Below are positions 58,353 to 64,000 of a DNA stretch of 64,000 nt, one piece after another (the stretch's first letter is position 1; every line of letters begins with the position of its first letter). Below the pieces are notes generated by a model. It saw only the letters and a list, made by a program, of their open reading frames with translations. It was not told the DNA's origin and searched no databases. The translations under genes and the position numbers were made by a program. This DNA is from a virus: the IMG/VR virus record IMGVR_UViG_3300026484_000333, positions 1-64,000 of that record; one strand, given 5' to 3'.

Positions 58353-58802
58353 ATGAACGAAATTAGCTTATCTGCTTATTTAAAGCAAATGCTTGAGCCG
58401 GAAATTGCAATTGCAATTTGTAACCACAAATTTGGTAAAGATTTTAAGGAAGATTTAAAAAAAGAAAAATTATTGCAATATTTGCTTGATAGGTTGCTTG
58501 TAAATGAAGATTTATCAGCAAATATGTATGATTTTGTTGAGGTTGTTGGTTATATTATGCAACAGGAATTCAAAAATTATGGGCAATTTTATATTGAAGT
58601 TGACGAACTTGATAATGTTTTTTATGTTTTGGTCGGTAAAATGGCACAAGCAGGAATACCAAAAGCTTATGTTAAACAATTTTTGGTTGATTGCTTCAAA
58701 TCGTTTTATGGTTTGATTAATAAAAAAATTCCTGATTTGGTATTTGAATACCAAAATAAAAAAGAACAATTGCCAAATCAACTTTCAGGATTTGACAAAT
58801 GA
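58353..58802 (+). CDS. Hypothetical early protein
   Basis: AAGGAG RBS. Confidence 0.75.
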   Translation: MNEISLSAYLKQMLEPEIAIAICNHKFGKDFKEDLKKEKLLQYLLDRLLVNEDLSANMYDFVEVVGYIMQQEFKNYGQFYIEVDELDNVFYVLVGKMAQAGIPKAYVKQFLVDCFKSFYGLINKKIPDLVFEYQNKKEQLPNQLSGFDK

Positions 58803-59104
58803 TTGAAAGAAAATTAAGTTGCCATCAAGTTCAGAAAGTTATGGATTTGTTTTATTTTAAAAAAGCAACCATAACTAAAATTGCCCAATATTATAAAGTT
58901 GGTTATAAAACGATTCAATATATTGTACAAGGCAAAACTTATCGTGATTGTTGGCGTTATGATAGATACAGCTGGGAAAATGAAAACGATTTCAAACTTG
59001 CTTATCAGCATAGAAAACGTGAAAACATCAAAAATTTTGGAAACGGTAGGAAATCGCAAAAAATTGAATTCCTGTTAGAAGAACTAAAAAAAGGAAATGT
59101 TTGA
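58799..59104 (+). CDS. HTH-containing protein
   Basis: TITKIAQYYKVGYKTIQYIVQGKTY. Confidence 0.7.
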   Translation: MIERKLSCHQVQKVMDLFYFKKATITKIAQYYKVGYKTIQYIVQGKTYRDCWRYDRYSWENENDFKLAYQHRKRENIKNFGNGRKSQKIEFLLEELKKGNV

Positions 59105-59340
59105 AAACAATTTGGCTTGTCAAATGCCTAAAATGCAATGATGAAGTTGAAAATGGAAAATGCAAATGCGGAAATGTTGGCGTTAGAAAAAAAGGAAACC
59201 AAATTTTGGCTTTGTTTTGTGATGATTTGCGAACTTGTAATTTGAAAAAAATTATAAAATACAAAAATTTGATAATAAAGGAAAAAAGCTGGTTTCCTTT
59301 TAGCTTTGCCAAAATTGAAAAAGTTGAAATGGAGGTATGA
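59101..59340 (+). CDS. Small zinc-binding protein
   Basis: CLKC..CKCGNV. Confidence 0.65.
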   Translation: MKTIWLVKCLKCNDEVENGKCKCGNVGVRKKGNQILALFCDDLRTCNLKKIIKYKNLIIKEKSWFPFSFAKIEKVEMEV

Positions 59341-59415
59341 ATGGATTTTTATTTTAGCTTTATTTTAGTTGGTTTTATTTATTTGTTTTCACTTTTAATT
59401 TTAAAGGAACTTTGA
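59341..59415 (+). CDS. 24-aa membrane peptide
   Basis: GGAGG RBS; MDFYFSFILVGFIYLFSLLILKEL. Confidence 0.5.
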   Translation: MDFYFSFILVGFIYLFSLLILKEL

Positions 59416-59496
59416 ATGCTTGAGGAAATAATTTTTCTGGTTAGTTTTTTTATGTTTTTAATTATTGTAGTTGTTGAACTTAAGAATAAAAAATAA
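59416..59496 (+). CDS. 26-aa membrane peptide
   Basis: AAGGA RBS; MLEEIIFLVSFFMFLIIVVVELKNKK. Confidence 0.5.
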   Translation: MLEEIIFLVSFFMFLIIVVVELKNKK

Positions 59497-59508
59497 AGGA
59501 GTTTTTAA

Positions 59509-59763
59509 ATGAAAATAAAAATACAAAGTTTTTTAAGTGCGGTGGCGTTTGTTAGCTTTACGATTGCGAGTTTGTATATTAGCACGGTTTTAGGTTATAT
59601 TGCATTTCTTTTTGGCGGATTTTTTGTAGATGGTATGGAAGTTTTTATGAAAGCAAATTGGGCGTTGTTTAGCAAGGAGCTTGTTTTGGCAATTGCTTCA
59701 TTAATTGTAGGTGGAATTGCTGTTTTTTTGGCTTTTTGGATGGAGGATTGGAATGAAAGCTAA
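59509..59763 (+). CDS. Two-TM membrane protein
   Basis: Two hydrophobic segments; AAGGAG RBS. Confidence 0.7.
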   Translation: MKIKIQSFLSAVAFVSFTIASLYISTVLGYIAFLFGGFFVDGMEVFMKANWALFSKELVLAIASLIVGGIAVFLAFWMEDWNES

Positions 59764-59938
59764 TTTGTACCTTGAAAAATACAAATTTGATGAAATAAGT
59801 TCAATTATTTATGATGATAAAAACAAAATCATTCAATTTTGGTATAATGGCAGGAAAGTTGTTGGAAAGCTCCAAACAATTTTACAGGATAAAAATGAAA
59901 TAATAATCGAGAAAGGAAATTATGATGGTTTGGCTTAA
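59753..59938 (+). CDS. Hypothetical protein
   Basis: GGAGG RBS before MKANLY. Confidence 0.6.
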   Translation: MKANLYLEKYKFDEISSIIYDDKNKIIQFWYNGRKVVGKLQTILQDKNEIIIEKGNYDGLA

Positions 59939-60167
59939 AATTGAAAATGTAGGTTTTTTAAAAGTTAGCGATATTAGTTATGTTGGCGAAGTTGATTTAG
60001 TTGAAATTGATGATTTGACTAACAAAAATTTATATGGATTTGAATTGGTAGTCGGCGGTGAGCTTTTACCTTTGGTTTATGATAGCAGAGAAAAAGCAAT
60101 TAAGGTAAATGATGCAATTAAAAAGCAACTTTTGATGAGTGCTAAAATTATAAAATTGGAGGTGTAA
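59922..60167 (+). CDS. Hypothetical protein
   Basis: RBS and overlap with the previous gene. Confidence 0.65.
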   Translation: MMVWLKIENVGFLKVSDISYVGEVDLVEIDDLTNKNLYGFELVVGGELLPLVYDSREKAIKVNDAIKKQLLMSAKIIKLEV

Positions 60168-60168
60168 A

Positions 60169-60468
60169 ATGAACGAATGTAGAATTTATAGCTTTATGGA
60201 TTTGTTTGTAGAAATGGTGGATAATGTTGAAAATGATGAAATTAAAAGCAAAGGAATCCAAAAAATTTTGCTTGAGGTTACGGGGCAGGTACTTGAAATT
60301 GAAGAAGAAATAAGCGAAGGTTGTAAGCAATTGAAAATAAATGATAACTTGGTTTATGAAAAAGGAATGTATTTTATTCCTGTTAAAAATGTTGGTGTTG
60401 TAGTTGTAAATGAAGAAGATTTGAGTAAAATTGCAGAGCTTTTAAATAAGGAGGAAAGCGATGGTTAA
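60169..60468 (+). CDS. Hypothetical acidic protein
   Basis: GGAGG RBS. Confidence 0.7.
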   Translation: MNECRIYSFMDLFVEMVDNVENDEIKSKGIQKILLEVTGQVLEIEEEISEGCKQLKINDNLVYEKGMYFIPVKNVGVVVVNEEDLSKIAELLNKEESDG

Positions 60469-60820
60469 GTTTATAAAGCGATACGTTTGCCAAGGCAAAG
60501 TTCAAAATGATTATGAAAACAAAGTTGATTTTTTTCAGGTGATTGTTGAAAAGGAAAACGGCGGTTTGGAATGGAATGATATTGTTGTTAAAGGTTTCTT
60601 GGTTTTTCTAAAGGGCGGTAGATATGACCGCTTGATTCGCGGGATGTATAAAATAAAAGAAGAAAAATGGAAAGAACTTGAAAGCAAGTTGTTTGACAAA
60701 GTTGAAGCCATTGATTGCGAGAAAGAAACCGAACTTGAAGTTTATGAACTTGCTTTGGCTGGTGTTAGTTTGCCAGAAGTGCAAAAATTTTTAGAAGAAA
60801 ATGCGGAGAAGGTCAAATGA
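60461..60820 (+). CDS. Hypothetical protein
   Basis: AGGAGG RBS. Confidence 0.7.
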   Translation: MVKFIKRYVCQGKVQNDYENKVDFFQVIVEKENGGLEWNDIVVKGFLVFLKGGRYDRLIRGMYKIKEEKWKELESKLFDKVEAIDCEKETELEVYELALAGVSLPEVQKFLEENAEKVK

Positions 60821-61134
60821 AACTTTTGCTCCGCTTGTTGATAGCTGGTTTGATGGTTTCGCAGTTGTTTGGCTGGGAATTGCTGTGCTTGGTCGGAAAG
60901 GAAAATGACAAATGGTTGAATGTTGAAAAGCAGGTAAGTTTACGTTGTAGTAGTGGGAAATTGAAAGCAAGTGCGGTTGGGGTTAGGAAAGTTGGCGATA
61001 TGTTTGTTTATAAAATGCCAAATGGCGAGGCGTTGTATTGCGAAGAAGATTGGGTGTGGAGTTTTAGAAAGCTTGTTGTAGTAGGCGGGAAAAATTTTAA
61101 AAGCAGAAGTTGTAAGGTTTACTATAAAAGGTAA
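60817..61134 (+). CDS. Exported protein with signal peptide
   Basis: MKLLLRLLIAGLMVSQLFG followed by four Cys residues. Confidence 0.65.
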   Translation: MKLLLRLLIAGLMVSQLFGWELLCLVGKENDKWLNVEKQVSLRCSSGKLKASAVGVRKVGDMFVYKMPNGEALYCEEDWVWSFRKLVVVGGKNFKSRSCKVYYKR

Positions 61135-61303
61135 GGCAGTTGGTTGCCTGTTGGTTTGGTTTTTGCAGGTTTAGGGTCAGGTACTTTTTAGTAAATAGCT
61201 AAAATCTTGTTAGTTATATGCCAAGCTATTTGTGAGTAATTGTTAGGTGTTTTAGAGTCAGCAACTTTTTGAGTGCTTTTCGCTCAACCAACCTCCCCCG
61301 TTG

Positions 61304-61409
61304 TTATTCACAACTACCTGTGAATAACTTGTTTTGGTGTCAAACACTTATTTTTTACTTAACATAATGCATATTCTCGGGAAAATTTAAATGGGAAAAA
61401 TGTGAATAA
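61304..61409. promoter_or_regulatory. Cluster of DnaA boxes
   Basis: TTATTCACA at 61304 (+), 61319 (-) and 61401 (-), all matching TTWTNCACA; one-mismatch copy at 61231. Confidence 0.65.
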
Positions 61410-61624
61410 CTCGGCGAATAGTTGTTCAGTTTTAAGTGAATATTAAGGATTCTTTACAAAACAGTGAAAATTTAGTGCCAGACACCATAAAGGATTTTTA
61501 ACGCTAGGTAGTTTATAGAATAAGCGTCTGACACTATTTTATCGGGATTTGGAGGAAGTTATTTATCTGGCTATAAAAAAAGGGCGAAAAATGGTGCGTT
61601 TTATGGGTCACATTGTAGACTTAA

Positions 61625-61746
61625 AATTTTTTAGTAATTATTTTATAATCACTTGGCAATTTTTTAGTAATTATTTTATAATCACTTGGCAATTTTTTAG
61701 TAATTATTTTGTAATTACTTGGCAATCATTTTTATAATCATTTGGC
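61625..61746. repeat. 33-bp tandem repeat, three copies plus a partial
   Basis: AATTTTTTAGTAATTATTTTATAATCACTTGGC units built from 11-mers. Confidence 0.92.
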
Positions 61747-61839
61747 GGTTATCTGTTATTCATTTTATAATTATCTACCTGTTATTTATTTATAAAATAG
61801 TGCCAGACACTTATTTTTATTTAATAGCAAAAAGGATAA

Positions 61840-62178
61840 TTATCCTTTTTGCTCCTCGAAAATCTTACTCCATAATTCTTCTTCTGTTTCCACTGTTTCT
61901 ATATTTCCTTTCTTTATTTCTTGCTCTATTGCTTTTCTTCTTCCATCTTTAAAAAAACAAAAATCTTCCAAAAAAATTCTCAAATACTTGGACGTTGTAA
62001 TGGAAAAATTATAAGCATCTTTTAAGAGATAAATTTTTCTTTTCTTTGTTATAACTCCATTTTTTTCTTCTTTAATATAAGTCTTCCCTGCAATAAGTGT
62101 ATTATAACTCTGAAAAATAACTCCAAAATCATTACCAATTAAAAACTGATTTTTTTGAATCTGTCTTACTTTTAGCAT
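61840..62178 (-). CDS. Hypothetical pre-early-like protein
   Basis: AGGAGGTACA RBS before MLKVRQ; NQF..FQSY..S.TTSKY motif common in phage early genes. Confidence 0.75.
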   Translation of the reverse strand: MLKVRQIQKNQFLIGNDFGVIFQSYNTLIAGKTYIKEEKNGVITKKRKIYLLKDAYNFSITTSKYLRIFLEDFCFFKDGRRKAIEQEIKKGNIETVETEEELWSKIFEEQKG

Positions 62179-62191
62179 TATGTACCTCCTC

Positions 62192-62749
62192 TTAATGTTT
62201 TTTAATCCACAAACTGAATCCAGTTTCAAAGGGATGAATATAATTAATTTTAAATAAAAAATCGTCTTTTATATTTTTAGTAATTTCCCCAGGGATATCT
62301 TGTTTATCATAATAACCGTTGGCATAATCTCCTATTTTTTCCCATCCGACGTTATTTAGCCATTCCTCTGGTACCCACTCAGGTACCGCTATATTTACCT
62401 GATTTACAAATAAATCTAAAAAATCGGAGATTAATTCCTTATTTTTATTTAATTTTTCAAAATAATAAAAATCTCCCTTATTATTAATAAAAATTTCATC
62501 AATATGTTTAATTATGGGTAATTCCTCACCACTTTCACACTTAACAGAAAAATCGAAGTCGATTATATGATTATCACTATAAGCATAATTATAAACTTCA
62601 TTTTTTTCTAAAATTTCACTTAATTCGTAATTTTCTTCATAATTAATCAGAAAAAACACTTCACCATCTAAACAACCTATATCAATGTCGCCATTTTCAA
62701 GTGCTTTTTTTATTTTTTCATTTTTTAAAATTTTTTCAAGTTCTTTCAT
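62192..62749 (-). CDS. Hypothetical acidic protein
   Basis: AGGAGGTACA RBS. Confidence 0.75.
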   Translation of the reverse strand: MKELEKILKNEKIKKALENGDIDIGCLDGEVFFLINYEENYELSEILEKNEVYNYAYSDNHIIDFDFSVKCESGEELPIIKHIDEIFINNKGDFYYFEKLNKNKELISDFLDLFVNQVNIAVPEWVPEEWLNNVGWEKIGDYANGYYDKQDIPGEITKNIKDDFLFKINYIHPFETGFSLWIKKH

Positions 62750-62760
62750 TGTGTACCTCC

Positions 62761-63177
62761 TTAATTTATTCTATAAATATAATGAGTTTTGCCATTAATA
62801 GTAATTTCTCTCTCATCACCATCGTACGAAGCAATAACGTTTCCTGCCCCGTCGTTTCTCAAAACATCATCTACCCACTGCTCCACATCTACATAACAAC
62901 GTAAATTTTCAGGTATGTTCGGCTCATAGCATTCTTCATAAATATTGTATAATTCATTTTTTGCATATTCTTCTACATCATCGTAATCATCAAAAATTAA
63001 AAATTCATAACAATCACAATCAGCAAAAATGTAATTATCTTCTTTTTTGAATTCACAATCCTTTATATCCTGAGGAAATACCTCAAGTGTTTCCGATAAA
63101 ACTTTTAAATCGTGTTTATTTTTAATATTAAAATAATTTAACACTTCTTTAAAAGTTAATTCACTGTCGTATAGCAT
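62761..63177 (-). CDS. Acidic protein, possibly ArdA-like anti-restriction
   Basis: EEYAK..NIPENLRCYVDVEQWVDD resembles the ArdA C-terminal motif. Confidence 0.5.
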   Translation of the reverse strand: MLYDSELTFKEVLNYFNIKNKHDLKVLSETLEVFPQDIKDCEFKKEDNYIFADCDCYEFLIFDDYDDVEEYAKNELYNIYEECYEPNIPENLRCYVDVEQWVDDVLRNDGAGNVIASYDGDEREITINGKTHYIYRIN

Positions 63178-63191
63178 TTTGTACCTCCTTT

Positions 63192-63532
63192 TTAAATTTC
63201 ATAAAAAATACAAATTTTTTGTTTGTTAAATCTGTTAATTTTTTCTTTAAATCTTTTTAAAAAAGTTACCATATCTTCAAAAATTTCAAAATCTAAATTA
63301 TAAAATTTTGTATTATATTTATACTTTAAATAAGTTTCTATATCGTCCCTTAATCCAGTTAAAAAGACATTATTAAGGGTATATTCAACGTTGTTTATAA
63401 TAATACCCTCTTTATTCGTTTTGAAATTGTTTTCTTCTTCATAAACGGAAAAAAACTCTTTTTCCGTTATTTCTTTTTCGTTTAATTTTACTTCAATTAC
63501 TTTTTTTCAAAAACTTTTGTTTCTATTAACAT
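63192..63532 (-). CDS. Hypothetical protein needing a -1 frameshift (113 aa)
   Basis: AGGAGG RBS, 11 codons ending GAA AAA AAG TAA; the -1 frame is open to 63192. Confidence 0.6.
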
Positions 63533-63544
63533 TTTGCACCTCCT

Positions 63545-63991
63545 TTAATCTTCTAAATCTTCTATAATAGCATCAAAAAAAACATCTTCATCAAATTCTA
63601 ATAAAATTTTGATGAAATTGTCAAATTTATCATAATTTACAATTAAATGATAAATAAATTCGTCTTCAGCCCAATTGAATAAATTTTCAAATAGTTCTTT
63701 TTTTGTTTGTTTTTTATTGCAATTTTCACAATCTTTATAATAATCTTCATAAATTTCAATTAATTCCTCTTTTTTTATTTTTTTAAGAAGTACATCAATC
63801 AATTTGTCTTCCCTGTATTTAATCATATCTGTTATAATCCAGCTTAAAGTCTCATAATCTAAATTGTCGTAATATTTAATTTCCTTTAAATATTCCCTTA
63901 TGTCGTCTATCAATTCATAATAATTCCTACCATCGTGGTGAATTATTATTACCTCAATTTTTTTGTATTTTTCACAATCAAAAACTTCCAC
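63545..63991 (-). CDS. Hypothetical acidic protein, probably the 3' part of a gene starting beyond the window
   Basis: Frame is open to the window edge; very D/E-rich. Confidence 0.65.
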   Translation of the reverse strand: MEVFDCEKYKKIEVIIIHHDGRNYYELIDDIREYLKEIKYYDNLDYETLSWIITDMIKYREDKLIDVLLKKIKKEELIEIYEDYYKDCENCNKKQTKKELFENLFNWAEDEFIYHLIVNYDKFDNFIKILLEFDEDVFFDAIIEDLED

Positions 63992-64000
63992 CTCAATATC

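Noticed and set aside
61625-61746. CRISPR array
   Set aside because: Repeats are directly adjacent with no unique spacers, and no cas genes are present
61549-61952. ORFs 61549-61737 and 61719-61952
   Set aside because: Translations of the tandem repeat or antisense to a real gene
1-64000. DGR, retron, integrase, tRNAs, alternative genetic code
   Set aside because: No reverse transcriptase, recombinase or cloverleaf was recognised, and core genes translate intact in code 11

Overview
The window is an internal 64 kb of an AT-rich, apparently lytic siphovirus with T5-like organisation. The host is diderm (lipobox o-spanin) and probably anaerobic or microaerophilic (NrdDG); Campylobacterota is plausible, but that is inference. 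Left to right it carries: (1) a minus-strand recombination/nucleotide block (homing endonuclease, phosphoesterase, FliA-like sigma factor, SbcCD, SSB, NrdDG, flap endonuclease); (2) a long minus-strand late block (RuvC, endolysin, tail tip, tape measure, tail tube, head-tail, HK97 capsid, spanins/holin, protease, portal, fibre proteins, TerL/TerS); (3) plus-strand early genes headed by an AEP-like Rep protein; (4) a repeat- and DnaA-box-rich non-coding region; (5) minus-strand pre-early-like genes. Main hunt results: a late-promoter-driven structured RNA at about 40480-40656 with three covarying hairpins and a tail antisense to the start regions of three early lead genes; a tail-tube/LamG paralog split by a 695-bp insert flanked by 8-bp direct repeats; a four-copy intergenic element that may be bound by the Rep protein; a 12-copy CYGATATAW late promoter matching the phage sigma28-like factor; and an A_AAA_AAG -1 frameshift gene. 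All product calls rest on motifs read by eye, and no database search was run.
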